This document shows, piece by piece, positions 45,323-54,849 of a stretch of 64,000 bases of DNA. The notes under the pieces were generated by a model. The model was given only the letters and a program-made list of their open reading frames with translations, was not told where the DNA came from and searched no databases. Numbering within the stretch: position 1 is the first letter of the stretch; each line of letters opens with the position of its first letter. The DNA lies in IMG/VR virus record IMGVR_UViG_3300046780_000148, positions 8,848 to 72,847 of that record. One strand, 5' to 3'. Made by a program: the position numbers and the translations under genes. This stretch comes from a virus.

Positions 45323-46189
45323 CTACCTCCAGGCATCTCTGTAAGCGACAGTAGCAGTTGAAGTACTACCGGATGCATTTCGGTAGTGGAAGATGTTATT
45401 GCCGACGGGCAACAGGTACCAGTTGGGCAATTGTAAAGTACCTCGTCGACTCACAGTGCCGTTCAACATGACTGTGTGGTTAAGCAAGTCGACTACTAGT
45501 ACATCGGATACGCCCAGAGTAATGATAAACTGCAATGCAATACCCACAGTGTCGTTAGTAATCTGTGGATTGGTACAAGGACCTGTAATGGTAATAGTAG
45601 CTGGCGCAGGCCTATTTCCACCAACAACAAATGAGTACGAATCTGGAACCGTAACGATGGTTCCGTACCCATAGTTGTAACTCTTATTGTAGCCACGACC
45701 ACTTGTGATAGTAGACCCTGCAGCCATGACAATACTATTGAGAACGTTTGTGTATAGTCTCGGATCTTCTGCATGTACTAAAAACTGAACTGGTGCTGTT
45801 CCAGTACGACGATCCTGTGTCCAGTTGTATCGACAACCCATAGGCTTAACGAACAGCACACGCTCAGCAACACCTGGAGCCTTAACATAGAATGGTACCA
45901 GAGTCCGGCTGGGTGCATAGTTAGCTTTCAAGGAATCCAAATACGATTCCATCGTATCGCCGTCAGCGTAGATAGAACCCACTAGGACAATGTCGCGTCC
46001 TGATTCGAATTCAGCATCTACGAAGTCGCCATCGGCACCCTCGTGGTCGCGAGATGCTTGTCTGAAGGGTGCGGAATCTAAACCATCAACTTCGATGATG
46101 TCTACAAACGGCACATCCATGCTATCGTCATTGAGCAGGACGCCAGTGTCAAGTAATTGAAACGTAAGGTCGTCTGTTAGGATCGGCAC
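45323..46189 (-). CDS. distal tail protein (Dit)
   Basis: follows tape measure; AEDPRLY...ITGP..NPQI...YRDAW. Confidence 0.8.
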   Translation of the reverse strand: MPILTDDLTFQLLDTGVLLNDDSMDVPFVDIIEVDGLDSAPFRQASRDHEGADGDFVDAEFESGRDIVLVGSIYADGDTMESYLDSLKANYAPSRTLVPFYVKAPGVAERVLFVKPMGCRYNWTQDRRTGTAPVQFLVHAEDPRLYTNVLNSIVMAAGSTITSGRGYNKSYNYGYGTIVTVPDSYSFVVGGNRPAPATITITGPCTNPQITNDTVGIALQFIITLGVSDVLVVDLLNHTVMLNGTVSRRGTLQLPNWYLLPVGNNIFHYRNASGSTSTATVAYRDAWR

Positions 46190-46200
46190 CTAGTCCTCCT

Positions 46201-49128
46201 CTACTGCCGCATGGAAAGTTCCCAGCCAAGATCGGCTGCGTGCTTACGAGGATTAACCTCTTGCGTATTGACCGTAATGTGGTTGTTAATAACCTTCTGT
46301 GGTTGCCCTGGAGCGGTACTTGTTGCGCTAGAGCCTTGCATCCCATACTGCGAGTTAGTATGTGGCATAATAGTTTTGTTAACTTCAGTTACTGTACTAG
46401 ACAAGTTGTTCATCTGGTCGTGAATGCCGTTGATAAGTCCTGTCATAATATAATTACCCGCAGGACGAAGCATCTTCAAGTCCTTAGACTTCGGACCCTT
46501 GTGAGTAATAATGAATACGCCAACATCCTTTAGGGTACTGCCTAGCTTACCCATGGAGCTCGTAATGCCGTCGATCAACCCTTGGATAATATCCTTACCT
46601 GCATTCACCAGGAAGCTTCGTGCATTAGCGAATGCGGCCTTAATAACAAGTACCATATTGGCAAACACGTTGGAACCATAGGTAGCAAACTTCCAAAGCC
46701 AAGAGATAAGATCGCCAATCCAACCAATAACCTTCTTAATGCCAGCTATAATCTTATCAATAGCTTCAACCATTCCAATAATGGAATGTACGACAGCGAA
46801 GATAACACCCGCTAGTACAATCAGTGCACCAACTAGTAGGACACCAATTACAACAACGAAAGCGCCTACAACAATAATCAGGTATTTGAAATTGCTAGCC
46901 ATGAAGGAAGTAAATTCCTTTACTTCCTTCTTGTGCTTACCTAGGTAGTCAATAATCTCCTTGATCATCGGCATCAATATACTCTTGATCGCCCACGCAG
47001 CAACCTTGATACCGTTTTCTGCCCACTCCATCAACGCGTGCATCGCTTCGCGAACCTTTGTATTAAAGGTTTTCAAAGTCCAATTCGAGAACCTTGCCAA
47101 AGCGGGACCAATGTCACGCTTAAAAATATCTCGAATCTTAGCAAGTACTGGCCAAAGGTAGTGGTCCCAAGCACGTCTAACACCCTTAGCAAAATCAACC
47201 AAGTAGCCCCAAAGGTCCTTAGCGATTTTGATTAAATCTTTCCAAGCAGTTTGTAGTACCGTAGTGTGCTTCCAAAGTATATAAACAAATCCGGCTATTG
47301 CTAGAAGTGCAATACCTACGCCACTGATAATCAAAGCGGCACCCGACAAACTAATTCCTAGTGTGGCCATAGCACCGAGCAAAGTTATAATTGCTCCGCC
47401 AACAATTAGGAGAGCTCCTCCAAGTATTGCTAAAGCAGTTGCAGCTAGGAAGAGCCAAATAATTACCTTTTGTGTTGTCGGTGAAAGCTTTTCGAACTTG
47501 GTAAGAATTTTGTTGAGCCAATCAACAATAACAATCAGAACGGGCAATAGCGTATTGCCAAGGAATACCTTAAGCGTCTGCCACTTGTTCTGCAGAAGTT
47601 GCGTCTGTGCTGATACTGTCTTAGACATTTTGCTATACGCCGACTGGAACTGCCCAGACGAGTGGTTCATATCATTAATGAATTTGTTGAGTGCCTTCAA
47701 CTGTTCAGGATGTAGAATAACCTGATCCAAGAAGCGCCGAGCCTGAATGGTTCCACCGCCACCAAGGAACAGTGCTTGCAGCGCAGGCAGTTGAGACTTC
47801 TTAGGCATTGCCAGGATCTTCTTCTGGATCTCTCCTAAGAGTTCCGTGAAGGGCTTCAACTTACCTGCGGCCGTATAGGCCTCGATGCCGATGTCCTTCA
47901 TGTTCATAACGGTTTTGGAGTTACCCAAGGCATCGAAAGCACGTGCAGCGGAAGCTGCAGCCATTGCAGGACTCAGACCATTACGAGTCAGGTACGCAAG
48001 AGCACCCGCAAGATCCTGAATTGAAGCACCATATCTCCGTGCAGAGGGAACAGCACGACCAATAACACTGGAGAACTGTGCATACGTTCCAACGCCCTTA
48101 CGGACTAGCTGGAACTGGATATCCATAATTCTATTGACTTCTGAAAGGGGAATCTTGAACGCATTCATGATACCCATTGTTGCAGTCGATGCATCTTGAA
48201 CATCGACCTGACCAGCAACAGCACCCTTAGCAAACGCAGTAAGTAGAACCTTAGACTCTGCTAGGTTAGCATCCGTGGAAGAGAAGATGTCGTATAGGGT
48301 TGCTTGCATCTGATCGAACGGTGCTGCGATCTGATTAGCAACATCAATACCTTCTTGGCCCAAGTCCTGCAGAGAAGCCTTGAATCCATCTACCTGTGTT
48401 TGTGTTAGAGCAACTTGACGTTGGTATTCTACAGCAGATTTCGTTGTGGATAGTAGAGCAACGGCACCAACCGCACCTACGCCAATCAGTGCGATACCTG
48501 CTAGAGTAGCTGCCTTACCCACCGAGGACAAAGCATTATTCAAACGTGTCTGTGCTGCGTGAGCCGCATCAGCCTTGCGTGCACTCTTCTCAAGCGCACT
48601 CGCCTGTGCCTCAAGTGCTAGCGATTCCTTTTCCGTTTCGTCTGCAGCAATACGGGCTGCAGCACCCTGCTTCATTTCAGCCGCTTCAAGGCGCAGCGCA
48701 GAAGTCTCTGCGGCCGTATTCGCCTTGAGTAGTCGAGCTTCCTGTTCTAGCAAACGTGCATTGTTCTTAATGTTCTCGACTTCTACATCCGAGCCACCAT
48801 TAAGCTTTCGTTCCTCTGCAAGTGCACGAAGGCCGGCAGCACGAGCTCGCAAGTCCTTTGCCTGCGCATCAGCGTTAGCATTGAGCTGAGACGCTCGGGC
48901 TTCAAGCGCTCGGGCATTTGCTTTGACCTCGTCCGTTTCCTTAAGAACAGTATTCGCCGCACGCTTGTTCGCAGCTTCTTGCCGAAGGCCTGCAGCTTGT
49001 GCCCTAAGGCTCTGTGCCTGTGCTGCGTTACCCACCTTGAGCAAGTCACGAGTAACTCCGTTCAGTGCTCCCGATGCTTCATCGCGAACACGAAGAACGA
49101 AGAACAAGTCGCGTGCGGTAATGCTCAC
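46201..49128 (-). CDS. tape measure protein
   Basis: 975 aa, Ala-rich helical, TP901-type core and hydrophobic repeats. Confidence 0.92.
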   Translation of the reverse strand: MSITARDLFFVLRVRDEASGALNGVTRDLLKVGNAAQAQSLRAQAAGLRQEAANKRAANTVLKETDEVKANARALEARASQLNANADAQAKDLRARAAGLRALAEERKLNGGSDVEVENIKNNARLLEQEARLLKANTAAETSALRLEAAEMKQGAAARIAADETEKESLALEAQASALEKSARKADAAHAAQTRLNNALSSVGKAATLAGIALIGVGAVGAVALLSTTKSAVEYQRQVALTQTQVDGFKASLQDLGQEGIDVANQIAAPFDQMQATLYDIFSSTDANLAESKVLLTAFAKGAVAGQVDVQDASTATMGIMNAFKIPLSEVNRIMDIQFQLVRKGVGTYAQFSSVIGRAVPSARRYGASIQDLAGALAYLTRNGLSPAMAAASAARAFDALGNSKTVMNMKDIGIEAYTAAGKLKPFTELLGEIQKKILAMPKKSQLPALQALFLGGGGTIQARRFLDQVILHPEQLKALNKFINDMNHSSGQFQSAYSKMSKTVSAQTQLLQNKWQTLKVFLGNTLLPVLIVIVDWLNKILTKFEKLSPTTQKVIIWLFLAATALAILGGALLIVGGAIITLLGAMATLGISLSGAALIISGVGIALLAIAGFVYILWKHTTVLQTAWKDLIKIAKDLWGYLVDFAKGVRRAWDHYLWPVLAKIRDIFKRDIGPALARFSNWTLKTFNTKVREAMHALMEWAENGIKVAAWAIKSILMPMIKEIIDYLGKHKKEVKEFTSFMASNFKYLIIVVGAFVVVIGVLLVGALIVLAGVIFAVVHSIIGMVEAIDKIIAGIKKVIGWIGDLISWLWKFATYGSNVFANMVLVIKAAFANARSFLVNAGKDIIQGLIDGITSSMGKLGSTLKDVGVFIITHKGPKSKDLKMLRPAGNYIMTGLINGIHDQMNNLSSTVTEVNKTIMPHTNSQYGMQGSSATSTAPGQPQKVINNHITVNTQEVNPRKHAADLGWELSMRQ

Positions 49129-49364
49129 TTAGACCCCTTCGGGTTATCGAGCTCTTGCTTAACGTTCTCCCAGTGCATTACTCGGGTCATCCAATAGACG
49201 AAGTAATTATCCTGATCTAACAAACCTCCTGACTCCGGCAAGACGTGGTACTTAGCACATAACCTCACCGTAGTCAAAATGTCCATTGTGGCTTCTCTAT
49301 GGTCCTCATGCTTACCCTGACCTGTTGTACAAATCAGTGCATAGAGAACCTCATCTATTTTCCC
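49125..49364 (-). CDS. tail assembly chaperone, -1 frameshift extension (gpT-like)
   Basis: frame entered at GGGAAAA; LPESGGLLDQ. Confidence 0.7.
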   Translation of the reverse strand, partial: GKIDEVLYALICTTGQGKHEDHREATMDILTTVRLCAKYHVLPESGGLLDQDNYFVYWMTRVMHWENVKQELDNPKGSK

Positions 49365-49786
49365 TCGTCCTCGCCACTTTCCCAATCATTGTGATTGGTG
49401 ATGAGGTCGTCGATCTCTTCACCAACATTGCCGTCGAGCATCTTAACGTGCTCAGGATTTTTAAAGTTGAGCATCGCTTCGCTCTCCGGGTTAGCGGGAT
49501 CAATCAGGTAAGTAAGATTGTGATCCAAAATGGAGACTGCGAACTCAAACTGCGTAACCTCTTCGTTCATCATGTCCAGCTCGGCACTGAATGCCTGAGC
49601 CTGCTTAGAACGACGTTCTGCACGATTGCCTGCAGAAGAGTCAGTGTTGAGCTTCATCTTGGACATGAACGACTTACGCTTCATCTTCTCACCGTAGGTG
49701 AGGCGACGGATCTTTACAAACCCGCCGGGACACGATACCAGCTCGTGGGTGACTGTACCATCACCAACACCGGTCGCAATTGGCAT
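49355..49786 (-). CDS. tail assembly chaperone (gpG-like)
   Basis: upstream of tape measure; ends at slippery site. Confidence 0.8.
   Translation of the reverse strand: MPIATGVGDGTVTHELVSCPGGFVKIRRLTYGEKMKRKSFMSKMKLNTDSSAGNRAERRSKQAQAFSAELDMMNEEVTQFEFAVSILDHNLTYLIDPANPESEAMLNFKNPEHVKMLDGNVGEEIDDLITNHNDWESGEDEGK
49358..49364 (-). other. programmed -1 frameshift slippery site
   Basis: G GGA AAA just before the chaperone stop codon. Confidence 0.75.
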
Positions 49787-49805
49787 TACAGGCTCCCCTC
49801 AAAAG

Positions 49806-49862
49806 CCCGGGCCCCCTGAAGGGTAGAACACCACAGGGCGCGAAAGATTGAAATTGGACCTC
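49806..49862 (+). repeat. 57-bp exact direct repeat, copy 2
   Basis: identical to 35627-35683. Confidence 0.9.
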
Positions 49863-49864
49863 TA

Positions 49865-49987
49865 GTGTCTAAGCTCGTCTAACAAGAAAGATCTTGAGCC
49901 GGTGTATCTCTGTAGCTTCGAGTATTCCTCTTGTTAGACGTAGCTTAGACTTGATTAGACTTAGTAGAGACTTCAAGCTAGAGCTCT
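49865..49987. repeat. TTAGAC-arm element, copy E4 (inverted arms)
   Basis: GTCTAA at 49867, 49877; TTAGAC at 49934, 49945, 49955; AGAGAC at 49966. Confidence 0.9.
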
Positions 49988-50796
49988 TAAGCAGCTAGCG
50001 TCATGGCCGTATGAATTGCTGCAATCTCTGCAGGCATGTTGAACGCCGAGTTAGGCATACCACTCCATGCCCAGACCATAACATCTGTAGCACCGGCTGC
50101 GCGACACTGATTGATCAACTTAGTTAGCCACTGGGCACGATTGGTGCCTACGAGATCGAGCGTAGAACGGTTGGCACCCATTTCTGCTACGCCCCAGGTG
50201 AAACCATGCTTCTTGCACCAAGCCACAATTGCAGCGATGGTCGCCGTGTAGTCGTGGTAGCCAGACTCTCCTGCCTTAGGAGAGATACCATCGAGGTCGA
50301 AGTAGTAGCGCGTGACGCCTTCGATGATGTACTTGTCGAGATTCTTATCAGGGTTGGTAGCACAGTCACCCGTAAGGATAACGCAAACGTTGCCAGTGCC
50401 CATAGCGACGAGATCGCGCATATCGTTCTGCCAGCCAGGGAAGTCGAATGGCACTCCACCAGGCTGCTGGCTCTTAATGTCCTTAGCATCGACCTCGTGG
50501 ACCTTGGTAGCCCACTTGTAGGTCTTGAGAACATCCGCCGTGGGCATTCCAGTCTTGAACGAGCCGACGCACTCGCGGTCGGAGTAAGGTGCGACTGCAA
50601 GAGCTCCAGAGAAGAAGATACGCATGATCTTACTCTTCACACCGAACTGCTTGTCGACTTCGGCAGCACCACCCGCAGCGGACCAAGGTGTGTCGCCCAC
50701 TACGAAGGGCTCTGGCACAGGTACTGGAGGTACTACTGGTGCAGGCGTATACACAACATCGATCGTGGAACCATCTTCGTTGGTAATTGTTGTCAT
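49987..50796 (-). CDS. putative clan GH-A (GH26-like) glycoside hydrolase
   Basis: MRIF...SFK...HEVD...DG...WGVAEMG...RAQW; Pro-rich linker. Confidence 0.6.
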   Translation of the reverse strand: MTTITNEDGSTIDVVYTPAPVVPPVPVPEPFVVGDTPWSAAGGAAEVDKQFGVKSKIMRIFFSGALAVAPYSDRECVGSFKTGMPTADVLKTYKWATKVHEVDAKDIKSQQPGGVPFDFPGWQNDMRDLVAMGTGNVCVILTGDCATNPDKNLDKYIIEGVTRYYFDLDGISPKAGESGYHDYTATIAAIVAWCKKHGFTWGVAEMGANRSTLDLVGTNRAQWLTKLINQCRAAGATDVMVWAWSGMPNSAFNMPAEIAAIHTAMTLAA

Positions 50797-50824
50797 AGCC
50801 CCTCCCTCTAAGGCTAGTGCAGAC

Positions 50825-51064
50825 TTACTCTGCCGCGATGTCTTCCTCGAACGTGGCGGTGTATTCCTTACCGGTAGCGATGCCGATCTTCTCTACGACC
50901 TCATTGCGAATGGTGATCGCGAAGTTGAGGCCAGGAGAAGCGGAAGCCCACTCCTGGTTGATCTCCTTACCATTCGAACCGTAGTTCGGATACATCTGAA
51001 CGTACTGAGCATCAGCACCATTCGGTGCAACGTAGCCGACCTTGACCTTAGCTGTGAAAGCCAT
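50825..51064 (-). CDS. hypothetical protein
   Basis: AGGAG RBS; NQEWASASP...GKEYTATF. Confidence 0.7.
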   Translation of the reverse strand: MAFTAKVKVGYVAPNGADAQYVQMYPNYGSNGKEINQEWASASPGLNFAITIRNEVVEKIGIATGKEYTATFEEDIAAE

Positions 51065-51072
51065 TTTCTCTC

Positions 51073-51282
51073 CTACTTAAGTGCTGATCGGACGAAGCAA
51101 TCTTTTGCTTCGATCAAACGTTGGAGTCCTAGCGTAAGCTGTTCTCCATCAAGAGCCTCATTCAAAAACATATCATAGGCTAAGTCGTGACATCTCTTAC
51201 TGGTCTCCCTTAGTACACCCTCAGGAAGATGAATGTATTCGAAGTATTTCAGCTTAGCCATAGCACTGGGATGACGATCCAT
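51073..51282 (-). CDS. small helical-hairpin protein
   Basis: FEYIHLP...GLQRLIEAKDCFVR. Confidence 0.7.
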   Translation of the reverse strand: MDRHPSAMAKLKYFEYIHLPEGVLRETSKRCHDLAYDMFLNEALDGEQLTLGLQRLIEAKDCFVRSALK

Positions 51283-52547
51283 TAGTTAACAAGCTCCTGC
51301 GTCTTAACTACGATCTGGTATGCGGCAGGCGAAGCACTCAACATGATCTGGTAGTTAACGGTAGCACGAACGAGATCACCCTGACCACTCAAAGCGACTT
51401 CGAACGTATCACGCATCGCAACCGGAGCTAGGATGCTAATACTGTTGTTAGTACCCTTAGTGGCCGTAAGCGTAACCGTCTGAGATGTGTATGCGAGGAA
51501 TGCTGCATAGTCGGTCTTGTCGACGAAGTCGCGCTGAACCTGAAGTGTCGTAGTACGCTCACCATATGCGATGAACTGTGCACCGCGGTTAGTGTTCTTC
51601 AGACGGAACTGACTCGTGCCCGAATCGTCAATACCGAACTCGAACGTGTCCGTATCAAAAACAGGCGTCCCTGTGGGGAGCTCAATGCTATACTGGCCAG
51701 CACCAAACGGAGCCGTGTTCAAGAACGACACCGAAGGAGCGGCCTGCGTAGCTTCGTTCGTGCCCAGGATACTTACAGTGCAAATTAGTTCACCGTTCTC
51801 GATCGTGAACTTAATAGCACTAATAACGCAACCCACGTATCCGAAGATCGCACCAGAAGTTCTCTGGATAGTCAGAGAGCAGGTACGCGGAGGAATAGCA
51901 TCAGGAATTGGTGTAAACGTGTAAACGTAGTTCGGGTTGGATCCCGACTTCACACACGTCATACGAGCGCAGAAGAAGAAGTACGGCAGTACGTCTTCGA
52001 ACGCCTCCATGGCGATGTCACCCTCGATGTGAAGGTTACCGGGCGAGGAGCCAACAACGTCCGCAGACTGCCGAATCGGTCGACGCCAAACGGTATCCTG
52101 TACCGCCTTCAGTGACTCATTGTTGAATGCAAAGAACTTCTGCGGAGCGGTATACGTACCATTCGAGAACGCTGAATTGAACGCTGGGAGCGCACCTGCA
52201 GGAACTCCAACGGCTGCGTCGTTGTACGTTGTGACAAGGCCCACCGTAGCTAGCAGAAGCTCGGTGCCTGTAGCACCTGCTGCAGCGGTACGATAGATCT
52301 TATAACCCGTAGCACCAGTAACAGCTGTCCACGTAATGACGTTGGTAAGGTTACCTGCAGAAGTCGTACCTGTAAGCTCGTTGGAAATCGAGGTCTCACC
52401 AGACGCGTTGAGTGCGGTAATGTAGTACTTGTACACACCTGCAGTAAGAGCACCACCGGCCGTGGGTGTCGCAGCAAGTGCAACAACAGGTGTTAAAGTC
52501 TCAAAGGCGATACCCGCATAACCGCCTGCGCCAATACCATATGGCAT
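51282..52547 (-). CDS. major tail tube protein with inserted FN3/Ig-like domain
   Basis: position; GYAGIAFE...IEGDI; YYITALNASGET...TWTAVTGATGYKIYR. Confidence 0.8.
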   Translation of the reverse strand: MPYGIGAGGYAGIAFETLTPVVALAATPTAGGALTAGVYKYYITALNASGETSISNELTGTTSAGNLTNVITWTAVTGATGYKIYRTAAAGATGTELLLATVGLVTTYNDAAVGVPAGALPAFNSAFSNGTYTAPQKFFAFNNESLKAVQDTVWRRPIRQSADVVGSSPGNLHIEGDIAMEAFEDVLPYFFFCARMTCVKSGSNPNYVYTFTPIPDAIPPRTCSLTIQRTSGAIFGYVGCVISAIKFTIENGELICTVSILGTNEATQAAPSVSFLNTAPFGAGQYSIELPTGTPVFDTDTFEFGIDDSGTSQFRLKNTNRGAQFIAYGERTTTLQVQRDFVDKTDYAAFLAYTSQTVTLTATKGTNNSISILAPVAMRDTFEVALSGQGDLVRATVNYQIMLSASPAAYQIVVKTQELVN

Positions 52548-52548
52548 G

Positions 52549-52743
52549 TTACTCTCCTGCCTTGGTGTGGATCGTCAGCTCAGCACCTTCGGGCATAACA
52601 CTCTGGTTGAGCAGCAAGCCCGTAGTCTCCCTAAACGAGGCTGCATTGTCCTCATCAAAGTGATGTGTTTCACCCGCTTCTAGCAATCCCAAGCCGACGA
52701 CGATAATCGAATGGTCAGTTTTGTTAGCAACGTAATACTGCAT
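52549..52743 (-). CDS. small virion protein
   Basis: GAGGAA RBS; tail operon. Confidence 0.6.
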   Translation of the reverse strand: MQYYVANKTDHSIIVVGLGLLEAGETHHFDEDNAASFRETTGLLLNQSVMPEGAELTIHTKAGE

Positions 52744-52751
52744 CTTTCCTC

Positions 52752-53249
52752 CTACCGAAGAGCCGTCTTGGAATAGCCGCTGAAAGTGACCCTGTTAGTT
52801 CTGTACAAGGTGTTCGATCGATATGTGTATCCGGACTCATTGAGTTGGCAGAAGCAGTGAATAAGTAGTCCACCAGGTCCACCGCCCGTGTCAAGATTGC
52901 ACTGTGGATCTTTATGAATCAAGGCCTCGCCCGCTTCAGACAGTTGCTGAACCTGCTGTCGCGTGTTTTGATTACTTTGAGTTACATCTGCGTGGTACCA
53001 CATGAAGTAGACCTGGAAGTCGTTATTCGTACGATATGATACGCCCTCCAAGGTTCTAGGACGTGAGCTGGGCTCAATGCACAAAGCCGGCACCGCAGGA
53101 AGTTTATTCTGATCCCCGTACCAAACGTTGTCAGGGGTTAGAACAACCAGACCGCTCTTGTCTGTAATCAAACCAGCTGAAGCAGCAGTCTTAAACTTAT
53201 CCACTTGATACTGGACAAGAGTATCTAGGGAGTCCGTTAAGCTACTCAC
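52752..53249 (-). CDS. tail terminator
   Basis: position before tail tube; YGDQNKLP..PALCIEP. Confidence 0.65.
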   Translation of the reverse strand: MSSLTDSLDTLVQYQVDKFKTAASAGLITDKSGLVVLTPDNVWYGDQNKLPAVPALCIEPSSRPRTLEGVSYRTNNDFQVYFMWYHADVTQSNQNTRQQVQQLSEAGEALIHKDPQCNLDTGGGPGGLLIHCFCQLNESGYTYRSNTLYRTNRVTFSGYSKTALR

Positions 53250-54021
53250 GATGGAACCTGCCTGACTTAATAGCACGCTCTTCCATCCAGGCACTGAAGA
53301 TCGCTTCCATCTTCGGAACGTCGTCAGATTGCCACATGATGAATGGTCGAGCTGGAAGGTTCCAACCGGCATCCGCTTCTAGCAAGAGCCCCACAGCGCG
53401 GTTCTTAATAAAGGACTTGTCCGCTAGAGACAAAGCTTTTCCGGGGCTTAGAATTCCACGACCCTCTAGCTCCTTAACAGCACTCGGGATGAACTTCTGA
53501 ATCAGTGCATTGGCTTCCTTGCTACCTGGAGCATGTGATAGCAACTTGTCCGCGATACCAGATTCACCTCGAGATGCACCCGCCTGATGAAATGCACCAT
53601 AGAACACGTCATCAGGCAGAGCTCGAACGGTTGCGAAGGTCGTACCAATTTCCCAAATGTTAAGTTGTGTGGCTTTGCGCCGAAGCTTTCCAGTCACTTC
53701 GAGAATGGGCCATGCACTAAAGCCGCGAGCCTTGATAGTGTTCTCGGCCAAAGGTTCCCAAGCAGGACGTCCACCAGTATCAAAGTTCTTGCGGATGGAT
53801 GGAATCATTACCTGCTTGATGACCTGTGTCAGAGGAACTTTCCAAGAGCGAATGTCTAGGCTAAGACGTTCGATGTCTTTGGCTACGATGCCCATAGAGG
53901 GCTTAAGGCTCCAGGACGCAGAAACGATTTTGTCCTGGCGCAAGCTCATAACGGCCGAAGCAATGTCGGCAGGAAAGATAGCTCCAGAACCAGAAGGCAT
54001 ACGAGGCAGTGTAGTAGCCAT
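53242..54021 (-). CDS. virion morphogenesis/neck protein (Mu gpG-like)
   Basis: NFDTGGRPAWEPLAENT...YGAFHQ.G...LPARPFI. Confidence 0.8.
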   Translation of the reverse strand: MATTLPRMPSGSGAIFPADIASAVMSLRQDKIVSASWSLKPSMGIVAKDIERLSLDIRSWKVPLTQVIKQVMIPSIRKNFDTGGRPAWEPLAENTIKARGFSAWPILEVTGKLRRKATQLNIWEIGTTFATVRALPDDVFYGAFHQAGASRGESGIADKLLSHAPGSKEANALIQKFIPSAVKELEGRGILSPGKALSLADKSFIKNRAVGLLLEADAGWNLPARPFIMWQSDDVPKMEAIFSAWMEERAIKSGRFHRE

Positions 54022-54467
54022 TAGAATGTCTGCCACATCGAGAAGTGTGCCGGACCTAGTGACGGATCATCACAAGTAGCCTTCTGGATGCTAGAATTGT
54101 CTGTCGGATAGAAGCTAGGCTCTTCGCCCTGATTAGGTGTTCCCGGGATGGTAATGGTTCCATCAATGATGCCTGCAATGAGCATAGCCGCATTAGCAGC
54201 AAGCGCAGAGGCGTACGGATTACCCTTATCAGTATCTTCGCTGTACGTGCGATTGTAAAACCAGCTGACGTACATCTTAGAAATGATAACGCGAATAAGT
54301 TTAGGAGTAGAGGTTGGATCTAGCCACGTCGAGGTATCATAGGTACCTGCGAGCTGACCAATAACTTCCTCTTCGATATTAGCCAGGAGGTATGTATCAA
54401 GGGTCGCCAGCTTGAGCTTAGTAGCTTCACCCCAAGCCTGCGCCTCTTCGATTATGATACGAGCCAT
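54021..54467 (-). CDS. head-tail adaptor
   Basis: position after capsid; helical. Confidence 0.65.
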   Translation of the reverse strand: MARIIIEEAQAWGEATKLKLATLDTYLLANIEEEVIGQLAGTYDTSTWLDPTSTPKLIRVIISKMYVSWFYNRTYSEDTDKGNPYASALAANAAMLIAGIIDGTITIPGTPNQGEEPSFYPTDNSSIQKATCDDPSLGPAHFSMWQTF

Positions 54468-54500
54468 TACTACCTCCCTCAATGGTAGCGTAATTCGTCA

Positions 54501-54542
54501 GGAGGGACGTCCTCGCCTGTCTACGGCACTGGACGTCCCTCC
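54501..54542 (-). terminator. hairpin after capsid genes
   Basis: GGAGGGACGTCC/GGACGTCCCTCC. Confidence 0.6.
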
Positions 54543-54558
54543 CATCTACTCCGCGCTA

Positions 54559-54849
54559 CTAGACCGAAGTGTCGCCCGAAGCCGAACCTTCAGGCGTCTC
54601 ATCCGTCTGTGCTGCTGGAGTAGAAGTAGTAGTCTTCGTCACCTTAGGTTCAGGCTCCGGAACTACTGCCTCTTCCTGCAAAACGCCCGCTTCCCACAGC
54701 TTCTTCATGTCTTCGGCCTTAAGACCCTTGACAATGCTACCGTAAGGAAACTCTGTTACCGTGTTGACGATCTCACCAGTGCCTTCGATGACCTCTTCAA
54801 CACCGTGTCGAATGTTCGATAGTGCCCGATAAACGAAGTTGTCAGCCAT
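54559..54849 (-). CDS. hypothetical virion protein
   Basis: coupled to capsid stop. Confidence 0.65.
   Translation of the reverse strand: MADNFVYRALSNIRHGVEEVIEGTGEIVNTVTEFPYGSIVKGLKAEDMKKLWEAGVLQEEAVVPEPEPKVTKTTTSTPAAQTDETPEGSASGDTSV

Noticed and set aside
49358-49364. Tail chaperone frameshift as a novelty
   Set aside because: Standard in long-tailed phages; listed as a feature only
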